Assembly: GCA_020631815.1 (NCBI GenBank)
Contig: JACKGW010000001.1
Location: 209,683-273,682 of the forward strand
DNA: 64,000 nt
Reading direction: 5' to 3'
DNA from: Planctomycetota bacterium
Lineage (GTDB): Bacteria; Planctomycetota; PLA2; JAEUHO01
Shown piece by piece: positions 48,051-57,859 of the stretch. Made by a program: the position numbers and the translations under genes. Below the pieces are notes generated by a model. The model searched no databases. It saw nothing but the letters and a program-made list of their open reading frames with translations, and had not been told where the DNA came from. Every line of letters starts with the position of its first letter. Positions within the stretch are counted from its first letter, which is position 1.

Positions 48051-48992
48051 ATGTCGGACGACGTACAGAAGTGGTGCGCGCTGGGTGCCCAGCACCTCGA
48101 GCAGGGCGAGCCCGAGGAGGCTCTGCACTGGTACGAGCGGGCCATCGACGCCGATCCGGACAACGCCGACGCCTGGTGCGGGCGGGCCAAGAGCCAGTAC
48201 GACATGGGGCGCCTCGAGCGCGCCGACCGGGACTACCGGCATGCGCTGCGCTTGGCCAAGGAGCAGCTGCGGCTGGGCGAGGCCGAGACCGGCCCGCGCC
48301 GCTGGTGGCTGGACCCCGAGACGCGGCCCTACCTGCATGCGCTCCGGGGCAAGGGGCTGTGCCGCTACTGGCTGGGTGACTGGCCGGGGGCCGTGCGCGC
48401 CTTCCAGCGCCTGCTCCAGCTGGCGCCGACGGATCCGCTCGACGCCCGCTACATGCTGGGCGAGGCCTGGCTCCGCGACGGTGACATCGACCGGGCGGTC
48501 CGCGCCTGGCAGGAGATGGGGGACGACCCCGACGCCCTCTACAACCTCGGCCTCGGCTACTTCTACCGCGGCGAGTTCGCCCGCTCGGTGCATGCGTTCC
48601 GTCGCGGCATCTTCGAGAACCTGTTCCTCGTGGCTCGCTTGGCCAACGCCGAGATCATCTCGAACGTGCCCCATTACAGCGGCACGCACACGAAGGGCCT
48701 GGACTGCGAAGGGTCGGCAGCCGACTACCTCGACCGCTGCGGCGACCTCTGGCGTGGCCGTCCGATCCTGGCCCGCTGGCTGCGCTCGATCTACGAGCAC
48801 CCCCAGGTGCAAGAGGACGTGACGCGCCACGTCGAGCACCTGCGTGCCCTCGTGCGCGAGGACCTCGCCATCGGCGACCGTGCCCAGCTCGAAGGCGCCA
48901 ACACGGCGCTGCGCAGCGAGGAACGCCTCGAGCAGACCGACGCCACCATCGCTGCCGAGCTCTGCGAGCGCCTCTTCCGCGTCAACGATTGA
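48051..48992 (+). CDS. TPR-repeat protein
   Basis: ATG 48051. Repeated W..G/Y..A TPR-like helices (EEALHWYERAIDADPDNADAWCGRAKSQYDMGRLERA; PGAVRAFQRLLQLAPTDPLDARYMLGEAWL). Confidence 0.7.
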   Translation: MSDDVQKWCALGAQHLEQGEPEEALHWYERAIDADPDNADAWCGRAKSQYDMGRLERADRDYRHALRLAKEQLRLGEAETGPRRWWLDPETRPYLHALRGKGLCRYWLGDWPGAVRAFQRLLQLAPTDPLDARYMLGEAWLRDGDIDRAVRAWQEMGDDPDALYNLGLGYFYRGEFARSVHAFRRGIFENLFLVARLANAEIISNVPHYSGTHTKGLDCEGSAADYLDRCGDLWRGRPILARWLRSIYEHPQVQEDVTRHVEHLRALVREDLAIGDRAQLEGANTALRSEERLEQTDATIAAELCERLFRVND

Positions 48993-48999
48993 CGGGGAG

Positions 49000-49194
49000 G
49001 TGTCTGATCTGGCGCAGCGGAGCGAAGCGACGCGGGGCGCCGGGTCTGACACCCCCCGTGCGACGCTCGCCGGCGAGGCGGCGCCTCCGCAACCGAGGGG
49101 CAGCGGCCGCTGGGGTGTGCGGGACCCTCGGTGGAGCCAGACCCCGCGCCCCGCGTCGCCCCTGAAGGGCTCCGCTGCGCGGGATCAGGCACCC
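49000..49194. repeat. Two GTCTGA/TCAGAC-box elements
   Basis: 49000-49054 gtgtctgatc-[tggcgcagcggagcgaagcgacgcggggcgcc]-gggtctgacacc, about 90% identical to 3288-3342. 49134-49194 gagccagaccccg...gggatcaggcaccc is similar to 3423-3483. Confidence 0.75.
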
Positions 49195-49196
49195 CC

Positions 49197-50459
49197 TCAG
49201 TCCTTCGTGCGCATCCAGCGCCAGATCTCCTTGAGCGACGGAGGCTGGCCGTAGAGGAGCACGCCCGTGCGGAAGACGCGGGCGGCCACGCGCATGGCGA
49301 CCCACGTGCTGACGGCGAGCAGGGCGAGGCTGGCGGGGATCTGCCACGTCGGCGGTTCGGGCACGCTGGCCACGCGGGCCATCATCAGGAACGGCGTGAA
49401 CGGCGGGATGAAGGAGAGGATCGTGGCGAGCTGCCCGTTCGGGTCACGGAGCACGATCATCGCCAGGAAGATCGGCAGGGCCAGCAGCGCCGAGATCGGC
49501 GCCATCAGGTTCTGCGCTTCCTTCAACGTGTTGCACGCGCTGCCGACCGCGACCATGAGGCTGGCGATCATCAGGAAGCCCAACACGTAGTACGCCATCA
49601 GCAAGCCGATCTGGCGGCCGGACACCAAGTCGCTCGCCCCTCCCAGCGCCGAGGCCAGCAGTCCGCCGCCGCTCCAGACGAGCAACAACGTGAAGCCGAC
49701 GGCGCAGATGCCGAAGATCTTGCCCGTCATCAGCTGCCGCGGCGAGACGCTGCTCAGGAGCACCTCGTACACGCGGTTGGACTTCTCTTCGAGTGTGCTC
49801 GAGACGAGCATCTGGCTGATGCCCACGATGCCCATGAACAGCAGCATGATGAAGAGGTAGGGCAGCACAGCCGACGTGGGTGCCCCCACCTCGCCCTTCT
49901 CGTCCACCGGCACGTAGGTCACGGCGGGGCGGGCCAACCGCTCGAGGATGTCGCTGCCGATGCCCTCCTGCTCGGCAATCCGCATGTTGACGACGTCGTT
50001 GACCATGGCGGCCAACGAGGGTCCGCGGAACGCGTCGTCGCTGCTGCGGCTCGCGCCGATGACCTCGCTGGCGCGCTCGCCGCGCTCCAGCTTGGCCTTC
50101 TTCTCCAAGGCCGAGTTCGTGAGCACGATGGCGTAGAGCTGCCCAGCGCCCGCCTTGACGCGTAGCTCGTCGATGCGGTTGATGTCGGCCGCGTCCTTCT
50201 TCCAGGGATCCTCGTCCGTCTCGATCTCGACTTCGAAGCCGCCGGCTTCGCGGATCCGCTCGGCCAGCGGCGCGGCGAGGACGCCGGTGGTGTCCACGAT
50301 GACGACCGGCTTGGCCTCGGACTTGGCACCGCGCATCAGCTTGGGCACGACCAGGACGAGGCCCATCCAGAGCGGGGTGAGCACGAGGCCGATCAAGAAC
50401 GCCTTGGTCCGGACGTTCTCGATGTACTCGCGGCGGGCGATGTCGAAGACGCGACTCAT
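49197..50459 (-). CDS. ABC-2 family transporter permease (NatB-like)
   Basis: 420 aa from ATG 50459. N-terminal TM, large extracytoplasmic domain, then five C-terminal TM helices. ATGA overlap with the upstream ATPase stop. The long R-rich upstream extension is rejected. Confidence 0.75.
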   Translation of the reverse strand: MSRVFDIARREYIENVRTKAFLIGLVLTPLWMGLVLVVPKLMRGAKSEAKPVVIVDTTGVLAAPLAERIREAGGFEVEIETDEDPWKKDAADINRIDELRVKAGAGQLYAIVLTNSALEKKAKLERGERASEVIGASRSSDDAFRGPSLAAMVNDVVNMRIAEQEGIGSDILERLARPAVTYVPVDEKGEVGAPTSAVLPYLFIMLLFMGIVGISQMLVSSTLEEKSNRVYEVLLSSVSPRQLMTGKIFGICAVGFTLLLVWSGGGLLASALGGASDLVSGRQIGLLMAYYVLGFLMIASLMVAVGSACNTLKEAQNLMAPISALLALPIFLAMIVLRDPNGQLATILSFIPPFTPFLMMARVASVPEPPTWQIPASLALLAVSTWVAMRVAARVFRTGVLLYGQPPSLKEIWRWMRTKD

Positions 50460-51376
50460 ACGGCGTCGGCCTCCGCGGCGATGCGCTTGAAGATCTCGTG
50501 CAGGCTGGGCTCCTTGCGCTCGAAGCGACGGACCTCGGCGCGCTCCAGCAGTGCGCGCAGCAGCGGCTCCGTCTCGGCGTCCGGCGCGAGCTGCAGCTCG
50601 GCCTCCTGGCCCATGGCCGTCATCGAGACGACGCCCGGCAGGTCGTCGAGCGTGGCGCCGGGGCGCAGGCGATACGCCACGTGCACGGCCTCGCGTCCCT
50701 GCTGGCGGCGTACCTCGTCGAGGCTGCCCGAGAGTCGGACACGACCGCGATGGATCATGACCAGGCGATCGCAGAGCTGCTCGGCCTGCTCCATGACGTG
50801 CGTCGAGAACAGCACCGTGGTGCCCTCGCGATGCAGGTCCAGCACGGCGTCCCGCAACACGTCGCGGTTGACCGGGTCCAGCCCTGCGAACGGTTCGTCG
50901 AGCACGAGCAGCTCGGGGCCGTGCAGCACGGTCACGACGAACTGCAGCTTCTGGCTCATGCCCTTGGAGAGCTCTTCGACGCGACGATCGCGCCAGCCGC
51001 CGATGCCCATGCGCTCGAGCCACGAGTCGATGCGCGGCGCGAGCCACGCATCGTCGCGCCCCTTGATGCGGCCGAAGAAGGCGAGCATCTCGCGGACGCG
51101 CATCTTCTTGTAGAGACCGCGCTCCTCGGGGAGGTAGCCGACGCGCGGCTTCAGGTCCTCGTCCATCGTCTGCCCGAGCACTTCGACACGCCCGCTGTCG
51201 GGCTTGAAGATGTTCATGAGCATGCGGATCGACGTGGTCTTGCCCGCGCCGTTGCTGCCGAGCAAGCCGAAGAGGCTGCCAGGGGCCACCTCGAAGGAGA
51301 TGCCCTTCACGGCCTCGAAGTCGCCAAATCGCTTGCGGACGTCTTCGAAGCGCGCAGCGGGGCCGGCCGTGGACAT
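50456..51376 (-). CDS. ABC transporter ATP-binding protein (ABC-2/NatA-type)
   Basis: Walker A GSNGAGKTT, signature LSKGMSQKLQFVVTV, Walker B LLVLDEPFAGLD, H-loop FSTHVM. Confidence 0.9.
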   Translation of the reverse strand: MSTAGPAARFEDVRKRFGDFEAVKGISFEVAPGSLFGLLGSNGAGKTTSIRMLMNIFKPDSGRVEVLGQTMDEDLKPRVGYLPEERGLYKKMRVREMLAFFGRIKGRDDAWLAPRIDSWLERMGIGGWRDRRVEELSKGMSQKLQFVVTVLHGPELLVLDEPFAGLDPVNRDVLRDAVLDLHREGTTVLFSTHVMEQAEQLCDRLVMIHRGRVRLSGSLDEVRRQQGREAVHVAYRLRPGATLDDLPGVVSMTAMGQEAELQLAPDAETEPLLRALLERAEVRRFERKEPSLHEIFKRIAAEADAV

Positions 51377-51386
51377 GGGCCGGATG

Positions 51387-52316
51387 CTACCGGTCCTCAG
51401 CCGGTCCCTCGCGCTGAATCGTGCCGCGCAGCCGCCCGTGTTCGACGACCTCGTCGCGGTTCTGGCGCGTGCGCTTCACCGTCTTCAGCTCGAACGAGAG
51501 CGGACGACCCGTGCGCGCCGAAATGCGAGCCGTGCCCTCCAGGTCCTCGATCAAGCGAATCGGCGCCAAGCCCTCGGCGCCTTGACGCTCGAGTCGCGTG
51601 CGAATGGCGCCTGCGACCACCACGATCGGGTCATCGGCCTCGCCCTCGATGGCCTCGACACGGAAGGCTCCGCTGCGCCACGGGCCTTCGGGCGGCACCG
51701 TCCACCCCGACGGCGCGGGATCGAGCGGGCCTTCCACGTCCGTCAGAGGCCACGCGTCGCCGACGTGCACGTCGCCCGGTGGAACCCAGGGCGCGCTGGC
51801 GCCGATCCCCAGGCCGTCCAAGCGCTCGATGCCCTGCTCGAGCGTGGCGTTCTGGCGCTTCGGCCAGAGCAGCATCGGCTTGCGGCGCGAGGAGCGATCC
51901 ACCATCCCGACCAGCGGCGCGCCGTCCGTGCCGCTCCCCGAGAACACCACCTTGCCGTCTTCCTCGTAGCGGATGGCCAGCTCCGCGCGCAGCGGGCGCT
52001 GGCGGTCATCCAGCGCCGTCGTGGTCTCGATCAGCGTCCAGCGCGCGCGGCGCGAGATCTCGCGCACGGCGCCCACGGCGGGGCGCTGCTCCACGGTGAT
52101 CGCAGCCTCGAGGCTCGCCTCGTAGCGCTCGCCGACTTCACCCCACCAGTGCACGGTGACAGCGTCCCCGTGCGGCGCCGGCGCGGGGGCCACGTGCGCC
52201 GCCGGCCACGGTGCCTCTCCGGACGGCAGAGGCTCTGTCTGCGGCGCGTCCCCGCAGGCGGCGGTCAGGAGCAACAAGGCCGCGCCGGCCATGCGCACGA
52301 CAAGCGCGAGCTTCAT
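51387..52316 (-). CDS. Hypothetical lipoprotein
   Basis: ATG 52316. Lipobox MKLALVVRMAGAALLLLTAACG. ATGA overlap with the upstream dipeptidase stop. The R-rich upstream part of ORF 51387..53501 is rejected. Confidence 0.55.
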   Translation of the reverse strand: MKLALVVRMAGAALLLLTAACGDAPQTEPLPSGEAPWPAAHVAPAPAPHGDAVTVHWWGEVGERYEASLEAAITVEQRPAVGAVREISRRARWTLIETTTALDDRQRPLRAELAIRYEEDGKVVFSGSGTDGAPLVGMVDRSSRRKPMLLWPKRQNATLEQGIERLDGLGIGASAPWVPPGDVHVGDAWPLTDVEGPLDPAPSGWTVPPEGPWRSGAFRVEAIEGEADDPIVVVAGAIRTRLERQGAEGLAPIRLIEDLEGTARISARTGRPLSFELKTVKRTRQNRDEVVEHGRLRGTIQREGPAEDR

Positions 52317-53269
52317 GCCGGCAAGGCCTGCTCGAGCACGCGCATCCAGCTGCGGCCGAGGATCTTGGCGACGGCGTCGTCGCTGTAGCCGTTGCGCAGG
52401 AGCAGCTCGCCGATGCGCGGCAGGTCGGCGACGCTGCGGATGCCCTCGGGCGCATCGTCCGTGGTGAACCCGCCATCGAGGTCCGAGCCGATGCCGACGT
52501 GGTCCGGCCCGACGAGCCCCACGATGTGGTCGACGTGGCGAATGACGGTCTCGAGGTCCACGCGCCCTTCGCCCAGGAACGGTCGGTAGAGCACGATGCC
52601 GACCAAGCCGTCGCGATCGGCGATGGCGCGGATCTGCGCGTCGGAGAGGTTGCGGCGGTGTGCGTGCACCGCGGCTGCATTGCTGTGCGACGCGACGACC
52701 AAGCCGCGGTGCGACTCGAGGACCGAGTCGAACGCCGCGGGCGTGAGATGGCTCAGGTCCGGAACCACGCCCAGCTTGCCCATCTCCTCGATCAGGGCCA
52801 CGCCGTCGGGCGTGAGGCCGCTGCCGTCTTCCACGCCGCCGCACCAACGGTTGGGCGTGTTCCACGCCGGCGCCACGATGCGCACGCCGCGGTCCACCCA
52901 GCGCGCCAGCTCGCGCACGCTGCGGATGGGGTCGGCGCCCTCCATGAGGTGCACGATGCCGATGGGGCCGCCCGGCGCACAGAGCGACAGGTCGCCGCGG
53001 CTCTCCAGGCGGAAGATCTGTTCGGCGTGGCGGTGCAGCAGCTCGTCGTACCAACGCACCTGCTTCTCGGCCGTCTCCGTGGGGCTGCCGTTTCCGCCGT
53101 GGCCCTGGGGCGCGAAGATGGTGGCCAGGATCACGGCCAGCCCGCCGCGCCGGGCGTCGGCGAGGGAGAGGGCACGGCCCGCGGGCGCCGGCGCCGCGAA
53201 GTCGCGGGTCGGGTCTTCGAGCAAGGACATGGCGATGTCCTGGTGCCCGTCCACGATGAGCCAGCCCAT
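52313..53269 (-). CDS. Membrane dipeptidase (peptidase M19, renal-dipeptidase family)
   Basis: 318 aa from ATG 53269 (GGAGAAGAGG SD). M19 metal-binding motifs DGHQD (N-terminus), HLMEG, ASHSNA, GIGSDLDGG. Confidence 0.85.
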   Translation of the reverse strand: MGWLIVDGHQDIAMSLLEDPTRDFAAPAPAGRALSLADARRGGLAVILATIFAPQGHGGNGSPTETAEKQVRWYDELLHRHAEQIFRLESRGDLSLCAPGGPIGIVHLMEGADPIRSVRELARWVDRGVRIVAPAWNTPNRWCGGVEDGSGLTPDGVALIEEMGKLGVVPDLSHLTPAAFDSVLESHRGLVVASHSNAAAVHAHRRNLSDAQIRAIADRDGLVGIVLYRPFLGEGRVDLETVIRHVDHIVGLVGPDHVGIGSDLDGGFTTDDAPEGIRSVADLPRIGELLLRNGYSDDAVAKILGRSWMRVLEQALPA

Positions 53270-53410
53270 GGGGATCCTCTTCTCCTGCCCGTGTGCCCAC
53301 ACGCGTGCCAGGGCCCGCCGCGGCACGTACTGCCACGGTCGTCGGGGTCCCGGACGGAGTGGGCGGGCATTGTGGTCCAGCGCCCCCGGCCAGGGAAGGA
53401 GGCAGACGCG

Positions 53411-54100
53411 ATGACGCAGCCGCCGCCGCCGATTCCCGCAGCCCTTGGACCCGACCCCGAGGGCCACGCCTGGTCGTGGCGCGCCCTGCCCGCCGCCGCA
53501 CGCCCGGACTTCGGGGTCTACGTCCACGACGACCCCGACGCCCTGCTGGATGCCCTGGCCGCGGACCCGGAGGCCCGCGAGGAGCGGCTGCCCTACTTCG
53601 CCAGCCTCTGGCCCTCCGGGGCGGCGCTGGCCAGGCACCTGCTGGAGGGCCCGAACCTGGGCGGCCTGGAGGTGCTGGACCTGGGCTGCGGCTGCGGCGT
53701 GGTCGGCTTGGCGGCGGCCTGCCGCGGGGCCGACGTGACCCTGCTGGACCGCGACGAGCGCAGCGGGTTCGGGGTCGCGGGGAGCGCGGCCGTGCTGGGC
53801 GTCACGCGTGCGGCTTTCGTGGCCGGCGACTGGACCCAGGCTTTGCCGGGCCGGCGCTTCCCCCGGGTCCTGGCGGCCGACGTGCTCTACGAGCCCGCGT
53901 TCGCCGCCGCCCTGGCCCCCGCACTGGCCCGCCTCCTGGCGCCCGCGGGCGAGGCCTGGATCGCCGATCCGGGGCGGCGCCATGCGGACGCGCTCGACGC
54001 CGAGGCCCGCCGCGCAGGGCTGGAGGTGTTGCCTCCCTTGGCGCTCCCGGCGCACGGAGGCATCCAGGTGGTGCTCCGCCGCTACCGTGGCCGTCCATGA
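53411..54100 (+). CDS. Class I SAM-dependent methyltransferase (Methyltransf_16/lysine-MTase-like)
   Basis: ATG 53411 after GGAAGGAGG. Motif I VLDLGCGCGVVGLAAA. Acidic post-I LDRDE. Motif DVLYE typical of the Nnt1/EFM family. Confidence 0.75.
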   Translation: MTQPPPPIPAALGPDPEGHAWSWRALPAAARPDFGVYVHDDPDALLDALAADPEAREERLPYFASLWPSGAALARHLLEGPNLGGLEVLDLGCGCGVVGLAAACRGADVTLLDRDERSGFGVAGSAAVLGVTRAAFVAGDWTQALPGRRFPRVLAADVLYEPAFAAALAPALARLLAPAGEAWIADPGRRHADALDAEARRAGLEVLPPLALPAHGGIQVVLRRYRGRP

Positions 54101-54783
54101 GCCCCGGACCCTCGCACGAGACGCCGATCCTCTTGCTCCTGCCGGAGGGCACGCCGCTCGCCCAGGGCCTGGCGGCGGTGCTCGATCGGCCCGAGGTGCG
54201 CCAGATCGCCTGGCCCGCCCCGTGGCAGCTGGACGAGCACGGGTTGGACCTGTGCACGGCGCAACCCGACCTCGCCAGCATCGACCGCTCCACGCTCGAT
54301 CGCGCGGTCCAGGCCTGGCTCGACTTGGCGCGCCCCGAGGCGCTGGACGCCCACGTCGCTCGCCAATGGCACGCCGTGGACGAGCGGGTACGCGACCACT
54401 ACCTCGGCCGCAGCGCGCTCGCCGTCCTCGCCGGCGCGTTCAAGATGGGCGCCGCCACGCGCACCTACGCACCGCCGGCGGCCTTCCGTCGCGACCGCGT
54501 TTTCGAGGCCTCCGTGCCGTTCTCGTACCGCTTGGCGCGCGAGCCGGGTGAGCACGACGCCCGCGCGCCCGCCGAAGAGGCGACGCTCTCGTTCCACCCC
54601 TACGACCCCGACGGCGTGGAAGCACGCAACGAAGCCGGCCTCGACGCCGGGCGCGGGCCCGTGCTCGAGATCTACGCCTACGCCTCGGGGCGTCGGCGCC
54701 ATCTCGAGCTGGCCCAGGCCGTGGCGCGTGCGCAGGGTGGGTGGCGCGTCATCGACGTGGGCGGTCACGTCGAGCGCAGCTGA
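54097..54783 (+). CDS. Hypothetical protein (228 aa), translationally coupled to the methyltransferase
   Basis: ATGA overlap at 54097. Good GC3. No motif recognised. Confidence 0.45.
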   Translation: MSPGPSHETPILLLLPEGTPLAQGLAAVLDRPEVRQIAWPAPWQLDEHGLDLCTAQPDLASIDRSTLDRAVQAWLDLARPEALDAHVARQWHAVDERVRDHYLGRSALAVLAGAFKMGAATRTYAPPAAFRRDRVFEASVPFSYRLAREPGEHDARAPAEEATLSFHPYDPDGVEARNEAGLDAGRGPVLEIYAYASGRRRHLELAQAVARAQGGWRVIDVGGHVERS

Positions 54784-54789
54784 CCCCTG

Positions 54790-56571
54790 CTACGGGAGCA
54801 CCGCCATGCAGGCGGGTTCGCCGTCTGCCGCGACGAAGGGTCCGAAGACCTGGCCGCGGTGCGCGTCGACGCCAAGGTCGAAGCGATCGAGCGCAAGCTC
54901 CAGGGTGGAGCCGTTCCACGCCGCCTCGACGGGCGTCAGCTCCACACCGAGCCCACTCACCATCGCGCGCACCGGACTCGCGACGGTCACCTTCTCGTTC
55001 GCCGCATCGATGGTGATGCGTAGGCCCGCGTCGTCGAGCGCCAGCGTGCGCGGTGCGGCCTCGGTGCCCGAGCGGACGGCGAGGTAGAGGCGTCGTCCGT
55101 CGGACACCGCCCACACGTCCTCCGTGCCGGGCAGCGGCACGGCATGGGCCCACGCCGGCTCGCCGAGCTGGCCGTCCACCGTGGGGGACAGGGGAACGAT
55201 CGGCACCCGCGCCAGACGCACGCCCTGGCAGCGCTGCACGGCCTCGCGCAGGTTCGCGCGCCAGGGCGCGCCCCCGGGCACGGGAAGCCAAGAGAGCACG
55301 TTGTCCACCACCGTCAGGGGGTCCGCGCGAAGCGCCAGACCGGCCGAGAGCGGCTGCGCCAGGACCGCTTGGGGATCCGGAGCCGGACGGCCATCCCACG
55401 CGGACTCGAGCAGAGGTGTGGCCGCACCGAACGCGCCCGTGACCAAGATGCCCTGCGCGTCGCTGCGATCGGCCAACACCTCGGGAGGCGGGAGGGGGAC
55501 GAGGCGCTGCGAGGCCAACGACGGCGCCGCCCACGTCTCGTCGAGGACGAGGTCGACGCCCGTCGTGCGGGCCAACGTCACGACCTCGGCGTCGCTCGGG
55601 TCCGCGCTGCGCGCGGGCACGACGAGCGACGCCCCGCGCAGGCGCGACGCCAGACCGGCACGCAGCACGCGAAGGCGCGACGGTGCATCGGGCAAGGCGA
55701 CGACGACGCGGTCCAGCGGCCAGGACGCCAGCGCGTCGAGCAGCGGCGCGGGATCGTCGGCGAAGCGCCGCGCGTCCACGATGGCCTCGGTCACGCCGTG
55801 CTCGCGGGCCAGCGTCGTCACCTCCGCGGCGACGCGGTGCAACGACTCGGGCGAGGGATCGACGCGGACGACGACCTCGATGCCTGCGCCCTCCAAGGCG
55901 CGTGCGGTGGCGGGCACCGCTGCGACCGGGGCCACGACACGGTTGATGTGCGCGCCCGCCAGGCCCAGGTGAAGTCGCCTCAGGTCGCTGCGCGAGAGGT
56001 GGGGGCCGCCCAGGCTCGAGACGTCCCCGCGCCACGCACGCCAGGCACGCACGGGGCGGACGTCGCGGCGACCGGTGCGCACGCGCGTGCGGCCGCTCTC
56101 CGACGGCATCTGCAGCTCGACCGTGCGCATCATCGGATCGAGGCGCTCCGGCTCGATCGTGACCACCAGCTCGAAGCGCGCTGCCAAGAGCGCGGCGGCG
56201 TCATCGGCCACGATGACGACGATGTCGCGCTCGCCGTCATGCCAAGCCGCGACGCGGTAGCCGCCTCCGAGGTCGTCGCCCTCTCGCCACACGCCCAACG
56301 CCTCGACGATGTCGGCGGCCATGTCGTCGTGCGTCGGCAGCGCCAGCACGAGCACGGGGCCCTCGGCGGGCAGCGGCCACGCGAGCGCCTGGGACGCGCG
56401 TCCCTCCGGCAGGTGGTCGACCAGCGCCGTGGGCACGCCCGGGGAGCCGAGCACGTGCGCGCCCGTGAGCTCGGCCCACGGCGACGCCAGCATCTCGCCG
56501 TCCGCGCCGGCCGGTGGGGTTCCCAGGCACGGGAGGACGACAAGGACGGCCACGAGCAGGGAGCAGCGCAT
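54790..56571 (-). CDS. Secreted hypothetical protein (593 aa) with CBM9-like C-terminal β-sandwich
   Basis: Signal peptide MRCSLLVAVLVVLPCLGTPPAGA. C-terminal PTVDGQLGEPAWAHAVPLPG... resembles family-9 carbohydrate-binding/DOMON-like modules (tentative). Confidence 0.5.
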   Translation of the reverse strand: MRCSLLVAVLVVLPCLGTPPAGADGEMLASPWAELTGAHVLGSPGVPTALVDHLPEGRASQALAWPLPAEGPVLVLALPTHDDMAADIVEALGVWREGDDLGGGYRVAAWHDGERDIVVIVADDAAALLAARFELVVTIEPERLDPMMRTVELQMPSESGRTRVRTGRRDVRPVRAWRAWRGDVSSLGGPHLSRSDLRRLHLGLAGAHINRVVAPVAAVPATARALEGAGIEVVVRVDPSPESLHRVAAEVTTLAREHGVTEAIVDARRFADDPAPLLDALASWPLDRVVVALPDAPSRLRVLRAGLASRLRGASLVVPARSADPSDAEVVTLARTTGVDLVLDETWAAPSLASQRLVPLPPPEVLADRSDAQGILVTGAFGAATPLLESAWDGRPAPDPQAVLAQPLSAGLALRADPLTVVDNVLSWLPVPGGAPWRANLREAVQRCQGVRLARVPIVPLSPTVDGQLGEPAWAHAVPLPGTEDVWAVSDGRRLYLAVRSGTEAAPRTLALDDAGLRITIDAANEKVTVASPVRAMVSGLGVELTPVEAAWNGSTLELALDRFDLGVDAHRGQVFGPFVAADGEPACMAVLP

Positions 56572-56609
56572 GCCGGCGAGTGTACGGATCCCGCCACTTG
56601 CGCGGGTCG

Positions 56610-57806
56610 CTACTCCGCGGGTTCGGCCGGAGGCGGCGCCATGCCGCCCGTCGGCGCGTCACCGTGACGCCACCGGGCCAGCCGCGCGCGCAGCGCCAAC
56701 GGCCAGCGCGTGAGCAGCGTGGGTAGCACGCCGCGGCGGACGAGGTGCACGTGCACGTACTCGTAGGGCGTGCAGCCCCAGCGCAAGCGGATGTCGTCGC
56801 AGCCGATCGTGTCGATGACGTGGACGTCGTCGCGCTCGCACGCCCAGGCCACGGTTTCGGCCCACCGCACGTGGCCAGGGGACTCGCGGGCGACGTCTTC
56901 GGCGAACGTGATCTTCTGCATGAAGAGCGTGCCGGCGAACAGCGCGCACAGCTCGCCCGCAACCGGGCGACCTCCGACGGTGCTCCAGTTCAGCTGCAGC
57001 CACGAGCGCGCCGCAAGGCGTCGGCCCCACGCCAGGTAGAAGGCCTTGGTGTGTTCGTCGGTCGCGATGGCCGACGTGTCACGGCCCTTCCACGTGGAGG
57101 CTTCCAGATCGAGGAAGGTGGACAGCGAAGCGAGGGCGGCTTCCCCTTCGTCCGTGTGATGTTCCAGCGCGCCGATTTCGCCCAAGCGCCGGCGGGCCAG
57201 CTTGAGGCGCTGGCGCGACTTGCTGCTGAGCGACCGCCACGGGACGTCGTACGGCGTGTCCGTGCCCAGACGCGCGCCGCGGAAGCGGGCGCGACGGACG
57301 ATCGGCACCCAGCGCTTCAGTCGCATCCCGGCGAGCGCGCGGTGCATGGGGTCGTCCTCCACGAGACCCAGGACGCTCGTGCGATGGGCCTTCTTGGCGA
57401 GCCCGCCCGCCAGCAGGGCGTCGAGCACCGTGGCCAGGACCTCGTCGGGGTCCACGACGGGCCCGCCGGTGAAGGTGTGGAGGTCGGACGGGGGCTCGAG
57501 ATGCAGCGGCCACGCCCGCTTCGTGACGAACGGCCAGGCGCCCACCAGGCGGTCGCCGCGCAGCGCCAGCCCGACCTCGAAGGCGGGGCCCGGTGCCGGC
57601 AGGGTCTCGAGCCAGGCGGCGGCCCACGAGCCGCTGCACATGGGCCGTCCGGGGGCGGATCGCTCGGCCAAGGCGTCCCACCGCTCGATCCAGGGTTCCA
57701 GGGCTGCAAGGTCGTGCACCCGCTGGACGACAAGGGAAGGGGCGGTCCCACCTCCGGTGGGGGGCTGGACGGCCTCGGACTTCGGAGGTTGGATCAAGGT
57801 TGGCAC
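56610..57806 (-). CDS. GNAT-fold acyltransferase, FemAB/CelD-like (Acetyltransf_6 type)
   Basis: 398 aa. N-terminal ..AALEPWIERWDALAERS.. and C-terminal ..ELCALFAGTLFMQKITFAED.. are typical of CelD/BcsL-like GNAT proteins. Assignment moderate. Confidence 0.6.
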   Translation of the reverse strand: MPTLIQPPKSEAVQPPTGGGTAPSLVVQRVHDLAALEPWIERWDALAERSAPGRPMCSGSWAAAWLETLPAPGPAFEVGLALRGDRLVGAWPFVTKRAWPLHLEPPSDLHTFTGGPVVDPDEVLATVLDALLAGGLAKKAHRTSVLGLVEDDPMHRALAGMRLKRWVPIVRRARFRGARLGTDTPYDVPWRSLSSKSRQRLKLARRRLGEIGALEHHTDEGEAALASLSTFLDLEASTWKGRDTSAIATDEHTKAFYLAWGRRLAARSWLQLNWSTVGGRPVAGELCALFAGTLFMQKITFAEDVARESPGHVRWAETVAWACERDDVHVIDTIGCDDIRLRWGCTPYEYVHVHLVRRGVLPTLLTRWPLALRARLARWRHGDAPTGGMAPPPAEPAE

Positions 57807-57859
57807 CGCCCTTGCGCAGGACGGACGGCCGGGATCGCGACCGCCGGGAGCCCCACGCC

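Noticed and set aside
52211-53410. N-terminal 400 aa of ORF 52211..54100
   Set aside because: It is antisense to the M19 dipeptidase. The real methyltransferase starts at ATG 53411 with a GGAAGGAGG SD.
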